Below, in pieces: positions 1 to 9,131 of a stretch of DNA of 64,000 bases; within the stretch, counting starts at the first letter, position 1; every line of letters begins with the position of its first letter. The translations under genes were made by a program, and so were the position numbers. Source of the DNA: an uncultured Chloroflexia bacterium (GTDB lineage: Bacteria > Chloroflexota > Limnocylindria > Limnocylindrales > CSP1-4); NCBI GenBank assembly GCA_963735865.1, contig CAVTML010000002.1, forward strand, positions 903,668-967,667, in the 5' to 3' direction. The notes beneath the pieces are model-generated. The model had not been told where the DNA came from and made no database searches. It saw only the letters and a program-made list of their open reading frames with translations.

Positions 1-1
1 C

Positions 2-733
2 ATCCTCAACGGGACGACCAATCACATCCTGTGCCACATGGACCTCCACGGCGCGTCGTATGCCGATGCCCTGGCCGGGGCGCAGGCCGCCGGGTACGCC
101 GAGGCCGACCCGAGCGGCGACGTGGAGGGCCGCGACGCGGCCGACAAGCTGGCCATCCTGATCCGCTTCGCCTTCGGCGCCTGGCCCGACGTGGCCGCCA
201 TCCGCCGGGCGCCGCCGGCCCTCGACGGTGACGGCGCCCCGGGCATCACCGGCGTCACGCCGGCGCTGCTGCAGGTCGCCAGGCGTGAAGGCCTCGTGAT
301 GCGCCTCGTGGCCCACGCCGAACTGGCCCCCCGCGGCGAGGTGGCCGCGTGGGTCGTGCCGGCCGCCGTGCGGGCGGGCTCCGGCCTTGGCCGCACCGAG
401 TGGGTCGACAACCGGCTCGAATTGGAGGGTGAACCGGTGGGGCGGGTGGCGATCGGCGGCCCAGGGGCCGGTGGTCCGGCGACCAGCTCCGCCGTCCTGG
501 GGGACCTGCTGGCCATCGCCCGCGGTGAGGGGTCGAGCTGGGGCGGCCTGCCACCGGCGCCGGCGACGCCGATACAGCCGCTGGACCGTCTGGGCCCCGC
601 GCGGCGCTGGCTCATCGCCGACCCGCCCGGCAACGGCTTCACCAGCATCCGGACCCTCGCCCAGCTGCGCGGGGAGCTGCGCGGCAGTGGCTACCAGGCC
701 ACGCTCTTCCCCATCCTCGACGAGGCCCGCTGA
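2..733 (+). CDS. hom: homoserine dehydrogenase, C-terminal part (5' end outside window)
   Basis: Open in frame from the window edge. Carries ILNGTTNHIL and DPSGDVEGRDAADKLAIL motifs, then an ACT-like tail. Followed by thrC-thrB. Confidence 0.9.
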   Translation: MLNGTTNHILCHMDLHGASYADALAGAQAAGYAEADPSGDVEGRDAADKLAILIRFAFGAWPDVAAIRRAPPALDGDGAPGITGVTPALLQVARREGLVMRLVAHAELAPRGEVAAWVVPAAVRAGSGLGRTEWVDNRLELEGEPVGRVAIGGPGAGGPATSSAVLGDLLAIARGEGSSWGGLPPAPATPIQPLDRLGPARRWLIADPPGNGFTSIRTLAQLRGELRGSGYQATLFPILDEAR

Positions 734-735
734 CC

Positions 736-1854
736 ATGCGCATGAGCGATGTCCTGCGCCAGCTGCGGCAGCAGCACGTGGCGGCCGAGGCTCGTCCGCG
801 CCTCCTGCATCGCTACGCGGCCTTCCTGCCGCTGACCGACGCGACCCCGCCGCTCAGCCTCGGGGAGGGTGGCACGCCGCTGCTCCATGCCCGGACGCTG
901 GGGCGGGCCATCGGCTGCCCCGAGCTGTACCTCAAGCTGGAGGGCAGCAACCCGACCGGCTCCTTCAAGGACCGGGGCATGGTCGTGGCGGTCGCCAAGG
1001 CGCTCGAGGCCGGGGCGCACGCCATCGTCTGCGCCTCGACCGGCAACACCGCGGCATCGGCGGCCGCCTATGGCGCGGCGGCCGGCCTCGAGGTGGTGGT
1101 CGTCCTGCCCGCCGGCCAGATCGCGGCCGGCAAGCTGGTCCAGGCCCAGATAGCCGGGGCCAGGGTCATCGCCGTCGACGGCAACTTCGACGCGGCCCTG
1201 CGCATTGTGCGCGAGCTGGTCGCCCAGGGCGCCTCGCACGGTCACCCCCTTACGCTCGTCAACTCGGTCAACCCGCACCGCATCGCCGGCCAGAAGACGG
1301 GCGCGTTCGAGGTCTGCGACGACCTGGGCGGCGCACCCGACTACCTCGCCATCCCGGTCGGCAACGCCGGCAACATCACGGCTTACTGGCGCGGCTTCAC
1401 GGAGTACCGGGACGCCGGCCTGGTGGAGACGCGTCCGATGATGCTGGGCTTCCAGGCCGTCGGCGCGGCGCCGCTCGTGCTGGGCCACGACGTCGCCGAC
1501 CCGGCCACCGTGGCCACGGCCATCCGCATCGGCCATCCCGCCAGCGGGGACCACGCGCTGCGCGCGCGGGACGAGTCGAGCGGCCTGATCGACTCCGTCA
1601 CCGACGAGGAGATCCTGGCCGCCTACCGCGACCTGGCCCGCCTGGAGGGCGTCTTCTGCGAACCGGCCAGCGCCGCGGCCGTGGCCGGCGTGCGCAAGGT
1701 GGCGGCCGAGGGGCGCATCGATCCGTCGGCTACCATCGTCTGCGTGCTGACCGGTCACGGCCTGAAGGATCCCGCCACGGCCCAGGCGCAGGCGGCACCC
1801 GTCATCGACGCGGCCGCCGACCCGGCCGCCGTGATGGAGGCCCTGGGCTGGTGA
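736..1854 (+). CDS. thrC: threonine synthase
   Basis: 372-aa ORF with PLP-lysine motif GSNPTGSFKDRG. Lies between hom and thrB. Confidence 0.93.
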   Translation: MRMSDVLRQLRQQHVAAEARPRLLHRYAAFLPLTDATPPLSLGEGGTPLLHARTLGRAIGCPELYLKLEGSNPTGSFKDRGMVVAVAKALEAGAHAIVCASTGNTAASAAAYGAAAGLEVVVVLPAGQIAAGKLVQAQIAGARVIAVDGNFDAALRIVRELVAQGASHGHPLTLVNSVNPHRIAGQKTGAFEVCDDLGGAPDYLAIPVGNAGNITAYWRGFTEYRDAGLVETRPMMLGFQAVGAAPLVLGHDVADPATVATAIRIGHPASGDHALRARDESSGLIDSVTDEEILAAYRDLARLEGVFCEPASAAAVAGVRKVAAEGRIDPSATIVCVLTGHGLKDPATAQAQAAPVIDAAADPAAVMEALGW

Positions 1855-2831
1855 CCAGCTCGACGCCCCCGGCCGACGCCCTGCCCGACGGCATCGGCGT
1901 GCGCCGCGTCGTCGTCGAGGTGCCGGCCACGACGGCCAACCTTGGCGCGGGCTTCGATGCCCTCGCCCTGGCCCTCGACCTGAAGGACCGTTTCGAGGTC
2001 GACCTCCTGCCCGGAGCCGACCTGGAGATCGAGGTCGAAGGGGAGGGCGCCGCGCCCGGCGAGATCTCGCGGGGCGCCGACGACCGGTTCGTGCAGGCGC
2101 TGGAGACGGGCCTGCGCTGGGCCCTGGGGCAGCTGCCGCCCGGGCTGGGGTGGCGCGTCCGGATGCGCAACGAGATCCCCCTGGCCCGCGGCCTCGGCTC
2201 GTCCGCGGCGGCCACCGTCGGCGGGCTGGTGGCGGCCGATGCCTTCGCCGGCGGCCGGCTCAATGAACGACGCATGCTGACGCTGGCGGTCGAGCTGGAA
2301 GGCCACCCCGACAACGTGGCGGCCGCACTGCTGGGCGGCTTCGTCGTCACGGCGATGGTGGAGGGGCGGCCGGAGACGATGCGCTTCGACGCCCCGCGCG
2401 ACCTGCGGGCGGTCGTCTTCGTGCCCGACCTGCGCCTATCCACGGTCGCCATGCGGCAGGTCCTGCCGGCCACGGTGCCCCACCGCGACGCCGCGTTCAA
2501 CGTGGGCCGCGTCGCCCTCGGCGTGGCCGGGATGGCGAGCGGGCGCACGGACATGCTGCGGGTCCTGACGGAGGACCGGCTCCACGAGCCCTACCGGACG
2601 GAGGTCTACCCGGCCCTGCCCGCCCTCATCGCGGCCGCCCGCAAGGCGGGGGCCCTGGGCGCGTGCCTGTCAGGTTCGGGGTCGTCGGTCATCGCCTTCG
2701 GCGACTCGGTGCACGGCCTTGCCGCCGTCGAATCGGCCCTCCTGGCGGCGGCGGCCGAGGCCGACCTGACGGGCTCGGTGCGCATCGTCATGCCGCGCAA
2801 CGCGGGTGCCGTGGCGGTGGAGGCGAAGTAG
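1851..2831 (+). CDS. thrB: homoserine kinase
   Basis: GTG 1851 overlaps the thrC stop (GTGA). GHMP-kinase motifs ANLGAGFDALA and PLARGLGSSAAA. The 814-aa ORF in the track is upstream read-through. Confidence 0.9.
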   Translation: MTSSTPPADALPDGIGVRRVVVEVPATTANLGAGFDALALALDLKDRFEVDLLPGADLEIEVEGEGAAPGEISRGADDRFVQALETGLRWALGQLPPGLGWRVRMRNEIPLARGLGSSAAATVGGLVAADAFAGGRLNERRMLTLAVELEGHPDNVAAALLGGFVVTAMVEGRPETMRFDAPRDLRAVVFVPDLRLSTVAMRQVLPATVPHRDAAFNVGRVALGVAGMASGRTDMLRVLTEDRLHEPYRTEVYPALPALIAAARKAGALGACLSGSGSSVIAFGDSVHGLAAVESALLAAAAEADLTGSVRIVMPRNAGAVAVEAK

Positions 2832-2850
2832 GGCGGCCCCGGACGCCGTC

Positions 2851-2856
2851 TAGAAT
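2851..2856 (+). promoter_or_regulatory. -10-like hexamer TAGAAT, 6 nt before the ask GTG (leaderless-type promoter)
   Basis: TAGAAT-cgctcc-GTG with no Shine-Dalgarno. Same geometry recurs at 12 other genes. Confidence 0.4.
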
Positions 2857-2862
2857 CGCTCC

Positions 2863-4140
2863 GTGCTCATCGTCCAGAAGTACGGCGGCTCCTCGCTCGC
2901 CACGGCCGACCGCATCCGCCGCGTGGCGGGGCGGATCGCCCGTGAGCGCGCCGACGGCGAACGGCTGGTCGTGGTGGTCAGCGCCATGGGCGACACGACC
3001 GACGACCTCCTCGCCCTGGCCGCCCAGATCACGCCCGACCCGGATCCGCGCGAGCTCGATGTGCTGCTGGCGACCGGCGAGCACATGAGCGGGACGCTGG
3101 TGGCGATGGCGCTCCACGCGCTCGGCATCCCGGCCATCAGCCTCACCGGCCCGCAGGCGGGCATCCGCACCGACACGCGGCACGGGCGGGCGCGCATCGC
3201 CAACGTCGATCCCGCGCGCCTCGTCCGCGAGCTCGACGCAGGCCGCGTGGTGATCGTGGCCGGCTTCCAGGGCGCGACCGGTGAGGGGTTCCTGGAGAGC
3301 GACGTCACCACCCTCGGGCGGGGCGGCTCGGACACCACGGCCGTCGCCCTGGCCGCCCGCCTGGGCGCCGACCGGTGCGAGATCCTGACCGACGTCGAAG
3401 GCATCTTCACGGCCGACCCGCGGGTCGTGCCGGACGCCCGGCTGCTGCCCGTCATCGGCTACGAGGAGATGCTCGAGCTGGCCCAGCAGGGCGCCCAGGT
3501 CATGCAGACCCGCGCCGTCGAGCTGGGCTGGGTCAACGGCGTGGTCATCGCCGTGCGCTCGACCTTCTCCGACCATCCCGGCACGCACATCAAGGAGGAC
3601 CCGCTCGTGGAGCAGCGCAACAAGGTGCGCGGCCTGGCCACCGACCGCCACGTCGCCAAGGTCACGCTGGTCGGGGTGCCCGACCGGCCGGGCGTCGCCC
3701 ACGCCGTCTTCGCCCCGCTCGCCGAGGCCGGCATCAACGTCGACATGATCGTCCAGAACGTCGGCCATGCCGGCACGACCGACCTGTCGTTCACGATCCC
3801 CTCGGTCGACCTCGCGAGCGCCGACCGGCTGCTCGAGGCGATCCGCCGCGAGCTCGGTGCCGCCGAGGTGACCACCGACCGGGCGGTCGCCAAGGTCTCC
3901 ATCGTCGGGGCCGGCATCCAGAACGCCCCCGGCTACGCGGCGCGGATGTTCGGCACGCTGGCCGACGCCGGCATCAATATCGAGATGATCTCGACCAGCG
4001 AGATCCGCATCACCTGCATCATCGCCGAGGCCGACGTGGAGGCCGCCGCCCAGGCCCTCCACCGTGCCTTCGCCCTGGAGCGGCCCGAGACGGTCGGCAT
4101 GGAGCCCCTGGTCGGGGGCGCCGAGGCCGCCGCCGAGTGA
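2863..4140 (+). CDS. ask: aspartate kinase
   Basis: 425 aa. N-terminal KYGGSSL kinase motif and two C-terminal ACT-type repeats (VAKVTLVG / VAKVSIVG). Confidence 0.93.
   Translation: MLIVQKYGGSSLATADRIRRVAGRIARERADGERLVVVVSAMGDTTDDLLALAAQITPDPDPRELDVLLATGEHMSGTLVAMALHALGIPAISLTGPQAGIRTDTRHGRARIANVDPARLVRELDAGRVVIVAGFQGATGEGFLESDVTTLGRGGSDTTAVALAARLGADRCEILTDVEGIFTADPRVVPDARLLPVIGYEEMLELAQQGAQVMQTRAVELGWVNGVVIAVRSTFSDHPGTHIKEDPLVEQRNKVRGLATDRHVAKVTLVGVPDRPGVAHAVFAPLAEAGINVDMIVQNVGHAGTTDLSFTIPSVDLASADRLLEAIRRELGAAEVTTDRAVAKVSIVGAGIQNAPGYAARMFGTLADAGINIEMISTSEIRITCIIAEADVEAAAQALHRAFALERPETVGMEPLVGGAEAAAE
3607..4140 (+). CDS. possible aspartate kinase beta subunit from an in-frame internal GTG
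   Basis: AAGGAGG (3592-3598) lies 8 nt before in-frame GTG 3607, at the start of the ACT region. Mirrors the nested lysC alpha/beta arrangement known in Corynebacterium. Confidence 0.35.
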   Translation: MEQRNKVRGLATDRHVAKVTLVGVPDRPGVAHAVFAPLAEAGINVDMIVQNVGHAGTTDLSFTIPSVDLASADRLLEAIRRELGAAEVTTDRAVAKVSIVGAGIQNAPGYAARMFGTLADAGINIEMISTSEIRITCIIAEADVEAAAQALHRAFALERPETVGMEPLVGGAEAAAE

Positions 4141-4958
4141 GCCGGACGCGCCCGTTCGTCTCGCGCCTGGAGCGCTTCGTGGAGGTCGACTCGACACAGC
4201 GGATCGTGGCCGGCTGGCTGGTCGCCGGGGCCCCGGAGGTCGCCGTCGCCACGGCCGACATCCAGACCGCCGGCCGCGGCCGCACGGGCCGCAGGTGGCA
4301 GGCTCCGTCGGGCACCGCGCTCCTCATGACCGGCGGCTTCCGGCCGCGCGGCCTGCCGCTGGCCCAGGCGTGGCGCATCGCCGCGATCGCCTCCCTGGCC
4401 CTGGTGGAGGCGGCCGAGGCGCAAGGTTTCAAGGACGGCATGATCGGCCTGAAATGGCCCAACGACCTGATCGCCGACGGGCCCAACGGGGAGCCGCTGA
4501 AGCTGGCCGGCGTGCTCGGTGAGGTCGCCGCGGCGGACGATGGGACGGTCGCCACGTGCTTGGTCGGGCTGGGGATCAACGTGGACTGGCCTGCGGTGGC
4601 CTTCCCACGGGAGCTGGCGCCGACGATGACGAGCCTGCGTGAGTTGGCCCATCGGCCAGTCGACCGGGATGCCGTCCTGGAGGGCTTCCTGGACCGGCTC
4701 GAGCCGCGTTACGAGGCGTTGATGGCGGGCCGCTTCGACAGCGCCGGCTGGACGGGCCGCCAGCGCACCACGGGGCGTCTGGTCACCCTACAGGTCGGCG
4801 ACGAGGTCGTGGAAGGGACGGGGGCGGGCGTGGACCCGCTGTCGGGAGCGCTCGCCCTCGAGGTGGGCGGTTCGATCCGCCACTTCGACAGCGCCGAGGT
4901 CCTGCGCTGCCGGATCACGGCGGCCGGCCGGTCGGAGGCCTCGATCAAGGCCGGGTGA
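4137..4958 (+). CDS. birA: biotin-[acetyl-CoA-carboxylase] ligase, class I (no HTH)
   Basis: GTG 4137 overlaps the ask stop (GTGA). GRGRTGRRW biotin-ligase signature; no N-terminal DNA-binding domain. Confidence 0.8.
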   Translation: MSRTRPFVSRLERFVEVDSTQRIVAGWLVAGAPEVAVATADIQTAGRGRTGRRWQAPSGTALLMTGGFRPRGLPLAQAWRIAAIASLALVEAAEAQGFKDGMIGLKWPNDLIADGPNGEPLKLAGVLGEVAAADDGTVATCLVGLGINVDWPAVAFPRELAPTMTSLRELAHRPVDRDAVLEGFLDRLEPRYEALMAGRFDSAGWTGRQRTTGRLVTLQVGDEVVEGTGAGVDPLSGALALEVGGSIRHFDSAEVLRCRITAAGRSEASIKAG

Positions 4959-4964
4959 GCGAGC

Positions 4965-6164
4965 CTACTGGCCGCGGAAGGCGTCGCCTAACCGCACCCG
5001 CTTGCCGACCCGCAGGACCGAGTTGGCGTAGATGCGGCCGGCGAGCCACATCAGGCCCCCGATGCTGACGACCATCAGGGCGACCGCGAGCACCACCTGC
5101 CACGCCACGGCGTCACCGGTCGCGATGCGCGCCGACATCAGCACCGGCGTGAACGGCGGCAGGAGCGAGAGCACCGTGCTGGTGGGGCTCGCCGGATCGG
5201 TCACGACGACGAACATCAGCAGGTACGACCCCAGCAGCAGGACCGTGACCGGCGCGATGGCGCTGGTGACCTCTTCCTGGCGCGAGACGGTAGCGGCGAC
5301 CGCGGCGAAGGCGGTGGCGTAGAAGAGGAAGCCGAGCAGGAACCAGACGAGGTCCCCCACCACGGCGGGGAGGCTGATGGCCGGGATGGCCGCGACGTGG
5401 GTCAGCGTCGCCAGGATGAGCGTGGCCGCGCCCGCGATCCCGAGTTGCAGCAGGCCGACCAGACCGACGCCGATCACCTTGCCCGCAAGCAGCTGGCTCG
5501 GTCGGACCGTGGCGAGCAGGATCTCCACGATCCGCGTCGACTTCTCCTCGACCACGCCCTGGGCCACGAACCCGCCGTAGGCGCCGATCGTCACGTACAG
5601 CAGGATGGCGAGGGCGATCGCGCTGGTGATCTCCGCGTCGCGGTTCGGATCGACTGGCGTGACTGGGGTGACGGTCTGGACGATGACGTTGGTGCCGTTG
5701 ACCACGTCCGTGACGGTGGCCGGGGGGATGCCGACGGCGGACATCCGCGCCTCGAGCACGGCCACGTCGAGGGCCGACTCGATGTCCGAGGAGAGCGTGC
5801 CGACGACGATCGCCGTCGGGGCAGGCGGCGCACCGGTGACGAGCACGTCAAGCTTCCCCTCAGTGACCTGCGTCGTGCCCGTCGCGACATCGGGGACGTC
5901 GGAGATCGCGACCTGCAGGCCAGCGGCCGCGGCTGCCGACGTGAACACCGGCTCGAGCGCCGTCGCTGCGCCAGTGAAGCCCACATGGTCCATGGAGGTC
6001 CCACTGCTGCTGCCCGGCGCGGCGAGCAACGTCCAGGCCACCAAGCCGGCCGCGATGAGCGCGACCATCGCGCCGGTCCCGAGCGTGAACGCACGCGAGC
6101 GCAGCCGCGTCCGGATTTCGCGCAGGGCGACGAGCAGGATGGTCGGCCGGCCCTCACCAGTCAT
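4965..6164 (-). CDS. ABC-2 type transporter permease (NatB-like)
   Basis: ATG 6164 overlaps the ATPase stop (ATGA). One N-terminal TM, a large loop, then a multi-TM C-terminal half. The upstream 64 codons of the ORF are Arg/Pro-rich and look non-coding. Confidence 0.75.
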   Translation of the reverse strand: MTGEGRPTILLVALREIRTRLRSRAFTLGTGAMVALIAAGLVAWTLLAAPGSSSGTSMDHVGFTGAATALEPVFTSAAAAAGLQVAISDVPDVATGTTQVTEGKLDVLVTGAPPAPTAIVVGTLSSDIESALDVAVLEARMSAVGIPPATVTDVVNGTNVIVQTVTPVTPVDPNRDAEITSAIALAILLYVTIGAYGGFVAQGVVEEKSTRIVEILLATVRPSQLLAGKVIGVGLVGLLQLGIAGAATLILATLTHVAAIPAISLPAVVGDLVWFLLGFLFYATAFAAVAATVSRQEEVTSAIAPVTVLLLGSYLLMFVVVTDPASPTSTVLSLLPPFTPVLMSARIATGDAVAWQVVLAVALMVVSIGGLMWLAGRIYANSVLRVGKRVRLGDAFRGQ

Positions 6165-7072
6165 GCGGTGGCTCCCTCGAGGACGGTGCGGAAGATCTCG
6201 CCAAGGCTGGGCTCGACGCGGTGGAACTCGCTGACCGGACCGGTCGCGAGGGCCGCCCGGAGCAGCGCCTGGTCGTCGCCGCCAGGGTCGATCTCGAACA
6301 GCCGGCGCGAGCCGTCCTGGATGACCAGCGTTGCGCCGGCGATGCCCTCGCCCCAACTCGCGGGCGCACTCGGCACCTCGATCAAACGTCGCTCCGGCGC
6401 CCCCGCCCTCAGTTCGGCGACGGTGCCATTTGCCACAAGGCGACCCTTATCGATGATGGCCACGCGATCGCACAGCCGTTCGACGAGTGCGAGCTCATGG
6501 CTTGAGAAGAGCACCGGCCGACCGGCGTCGGCCTGCTCGCGCAACACGCCGCTCATGACGTCGACGGCGACCGGGTCGAGGCCGGCGAACGGCTCGTCGA
6601 GCACGAGCAGGTCGGGCGTGAACACGAGGGCAGCCGCGAGCTGGACCCGCTGTTGGTTGCCGAGGCTGAGGCTCTGCACGTCGTCTTTGGCGCGGTCGGC
6701 GAGCCCGAAACGCTCGAGCCACGACGCGGCCGCGGTCCGTGCAGCGATGGCGGCCATGCCGTGCAGCTCGGCGAGGTAGGCGAGCTGCTCGCCGACCCGC
6801 ATCTTCGGGTACAGGCCGCGCTCCTCCGGCATGTAGCCGATCCGCCGGCGTGCAGCGAACGTGAGCGGCGCCCCGCCGAACCGCACCTCGCCGGCATCGG
6901 CGGTCAGCACGCCGAGTACGATCCGCATGGTGGTCGTCTTGCCGGCGCCATTGCGTCCGACGAACCCGCAGAGCTGTCCGGCGGGCACCGTGAGGGTGAG
7001 GTCATCGACGGCGACGACGGCCCCATAGCGCTTGGAGACGCCCATGATCTCGAGGACGTGATCGGGGGCCAC
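6161..7072 (-). CDS. ABC transporter ATP-binding protein (NatA-like)
   Basis: Walker A GRNGAGKTT, signature LSLGNQQR, Walker B LLVLDEP. GTG start. Confidence 0.9.
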   Translation of the reverse strand: MAPDHVLEIMGVSKRYGAVVAVDDLTLTVPAGQLCGFVGRNGAGKTTTMRIVLGVLTADAGEVRFGGAPLTFAARRRIGYMPEERGLYPKMRVGEQLAYLAELHGMAAIAARTAAASWLERFGLADRAKDDVQSLSLGNQQRVQLAAALVFTPDLLVLDEPFAGLDPVAVDVMSGVLREQADAGRPVLFSSHELALVERLCDRVAIIDKGRLVANGTVAELRAGAPERRLIEVPSAPASWGEGIAGATLVIQDGSRRLFEIDPGGDDQALLRAALATGPVSEFHRVEPSLGEIFRTVLEGATA

Positions 7073-7078
7073 GAGCGG

Positions 7079-7084
7079 AGGCTA
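7079..7084 (-). promoter_or_regulatory. -10-like hexamer TAGCCT, 6 nt before the ABC ATPase GTG
   Basis: Minus strand reads TAGCCT-ccgctc-GTG. Confidence 0.35.
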
Positions 7085-7182
7085 CCGCGTCCGTGCCTCA
7101 GCCGCGGCGCCTAGGGCCGCCCGTCCACTTCATGTGCTCGCGGCCGGCCGCGCACGTTCACGAACGGTGCCCGAGTAACGGC

Positions 7183-7188
7183 TAGACT
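7183..7188 (+). promoter_or_regulatory. -10-like hexamer TAGACT, 6 nt before the ECF sigma GTG
   Basis: TAGACT-gcgccg-GTG. Confidence 0.4.
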
Positions 7189-7194
7189 GCGCCG

Positions 7195-7788
7195 GTGTTC
7201 AGGAAAGCAGCGGAACGAGGCCGCCAGCGCCTCGTCCCGTTCGACGCCGATCGCTCGGCCGTCGAGGCGGCCAGGCGCGATCCGCGCCGTTTCGAGCCGC
7301 TGTACCGCAAGTACGTGGGGCAGGTATACAGCTTTGCGGCTTATGAACTCCGTGACCACCATGCGGCGGAAGACGTGACCGAACAGGTCTTCATGCAGGC
7401 GCTCCGGGGGCTGTCCTCGTTCGAGGAGCGCGGCGACGGGTCGGTCAGCACCTTCCGCGTGTGGCTCTTCCAGATCGCCCGCAACGCGCTCGCCAACGAG
7501 CACCGCCGCCGGGCCCGCCACCCCCAGGCGCCCCTCGACGCGGCCCTCGACGTGTCGGCGCCAGGCCAGGATCCGGCCGTCCTGGCCGTCTCGTCCGACG
7601 AGACGCGACGTGCCTGGCGGGCCATCAGCCGGCTGCCGACCGAACGCCGCCGCGCCCTGACGCTGCGCTTCGTGGAAGAGATGTCGACCCCCGAGATCGC
7701 CGGCGTGATGGGCCGTTCCGAGGGCGCCGTACGCGTGCTCATCCATCGGGCCCTGCGCGCCGTGGCGACCGAGCTGGAGCGTGACTGA
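7195..7788 (+). CDS. ECF-type RNA polymerase sigma factor
   Basis: 197 aa. Sigma-70 region 2 (FEPLYRKYVGQVYSFA...DVTEQVF) and region 4 (LPTERRRALTLRFVEEMSTPEIAGVMGRSEGAVRVL). Confidence 0.85.
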   Translation: MFRKAAERGRQRLVPFDADRSAVEAARRDPRRFEPLYRKYVGQVYSFAAYELRDHHAAEDVTEQVFMQALRGLSSFEERGDGSVSTFRVWLFQIARNALANEHRRRARHPQAPLDAALDVSAPGQDPAVLAVSSDETRRAWRAISRLPTERRRALTLRFVEEMSTPEIAGVMGRSEGAVRVLIHRALRAVATELERD

Positions 7789-8194
7789 CGAGGTGGTCCG
7801 GCTGGACGCCTACGTGGAGGGCGTGCTGGCCGGACGACCGGCCGGGCCGCGGCCGCTGATGGACCAGGCGGACATCGACCCCGCCGCGGGCCGGGCGGCC
7901 GATATCCTGGCCCGTTCGCTGGTGCGCTTCCATCCCTCGTTCCGCTTCGAGGATGCCCTCGCGGCACGGCTGCGCGCGCTCGGCGAGGCGATGCACGACG
8001 AACGCCCGGAACCGCTCATCGGGGGCCCCGTGCTCGTCTTCCCGGGCGGCCCCGAGGGGTCGCTTGAGCCTGTCGACGAGCCGGCGGGGCCGTTCGGCCG
8101 CGGCCTGCTGGTCGGTGGAGCGATCGCCTCGGGCCTGTCCCTGGCCGGGGCGGCCTACCTGGCCTGGCGCCGCGGTCACCGGGTGGCCTCGTGA
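7781..8194 (+). CDS. putative anti-sigma factor, single C-terminal TM
   Basis: GTG overlaps the sigma gene end by 8 nt. 137 aa with one hydrophobic helix (LLVGGAIASGLSLAGAAYLAW). Function inferred from position only. Confidence 0.5.
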   Translation: MTDEVVRLDAYVEGVLAGRPAGPRPLMDQADIDPAAGRAADILARSLVRFHPSFRFEDALAARLRALGEAMHDERPEPLIGGPVLVFPGGPEGSLEPVDEPAGPFGRGLLVGGAIASGLSLAGAAYLAWRRGHRVAS

Positions 8195-8207
8195 GGAGCG
8201 TCGTGCG

Positions 8208-9131
8208 ATGCCGCTGAAGCTGCCCTTCCGCACGCGCGGCCAGGAGTACCCGCCCGACCTCTGGACCCGCTGCCCGAGCTGCGAAGAGATGATCTACAAC
8301 AAGCAGCTCGACAAGAACCTGCGCGTGTGCCCCACCTGCGGGCACCACTTCCGGCTGAGCGCGACGGCGCGGATCGCGCTGATGGTCGACCCCGGCTCGT
8401 TCGTCGAGCGCGACGCCGGCCTGGCTTCGGTGGACGCCCTTGGGTTCGTCGATCAGAAGCCGTACCCGGAGCGCCTGGCCGCCGCCACCGCGGCGACCGG
8501 CCTCGGCGACGCCGCCGTGTGGGGCATGGCGACCCTGGCCCAGCATCGCATCGCCCTCGCCGTCATGGACTTCGCCTTCATGGGTGGCTCGATGGGCTCG
8601 GTCGTGGGCGAGAAGGTGACCCGGGCCGCGGAGGCGGCACTGGCCGATCGGGTGCCGCTCGTCATCGTCTCGGCTTCCGGCGGCGCGCGGATGCAGGAAG
8701 GGACGCTGGCCCTGATGCAGCTGGCCAAGACGGTCGGCGCCATCGGCCGCCTGGATGCCGCGGGCGTGACCTTCATCAGCGTCATGACCGACCCCACGAC
8801 CGGCGGCGTGTTCGCCTCCTTCGCTGCGCTCGGCGACGTCAACGTGGCCGAGCCCAACGCCCTCATCGGCTTCGCCGGCTCCCGCGTCTCGGCGGGCACC
8901 ATCGCCGAGTCGCTGCCGCCCGGCTTCCAGCGCTCCGAATTCCTCTTCAACCACGGGTTCATCGACCTCATCGTGCCCCGCCATCAGCTCCGCGACGAGC
9001 TGGGGCGCCTGCTCCAGTACCTCCGACCGGCGCCCGTTCCTGCCGACCGGGCGGCCCCGGCGGCCTCCGGCAACGGCTCCTTCCCGCGCTCGCTCCTCGA
9101 GTCCCTGGCGGGGGATCCCAGCCGTGGCTGA
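8208..9131 (+). CDS. accD: acetyl-CoA carboxylase carboxyltransferase beta subunit
   Basis: N-terminal Zn ribbon CPSCEEMIY...CPTCGHHFR, then a carboxyltransferase domain. ATG 8208. Confidence 0.9.
   Translation: MPLKLPFRTRGQEYPPDLWTRCPSCEEMIYNKQLDKNLRVCPTCGHHFRLSATARIALMVDPGSFVERDAGLASVDALGFVDQKPYPERLAAATAATGLGDAAVWGMATLAQHRIALAVMDFAFMGGSMGSVVGEKVTRAAEAALADRVPLVIVSASGGARMQEGTLALMQLAKTVGAIGRLDAAGVTFISVMTDPTTGGVFASFAALGDVNVAEPNALIGFAGSRVSAGTIAESLPPGFQRSEFLFNHGFIDLIVPRHQLRDELGRLLQYLRPAPVPADRAAPAASGNGSFPRSLLESLAGDPSRG

Noticed and set aside
387-2831. Very long same-strand ORFs in the track: 387-2831 (814 aa), 9714-12095 (793 aa), 15158-16996, 11710-13290 and 3375-4958.
   Set aside because: Only the C-terminal part of each matches a protein family (thrB, accC, fabG, phosphoesterase, birA). 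The upstream parts overlap the preceding gene in another frame and look non-coding. Real starts are the ATGA/GTGA-coupled codons.
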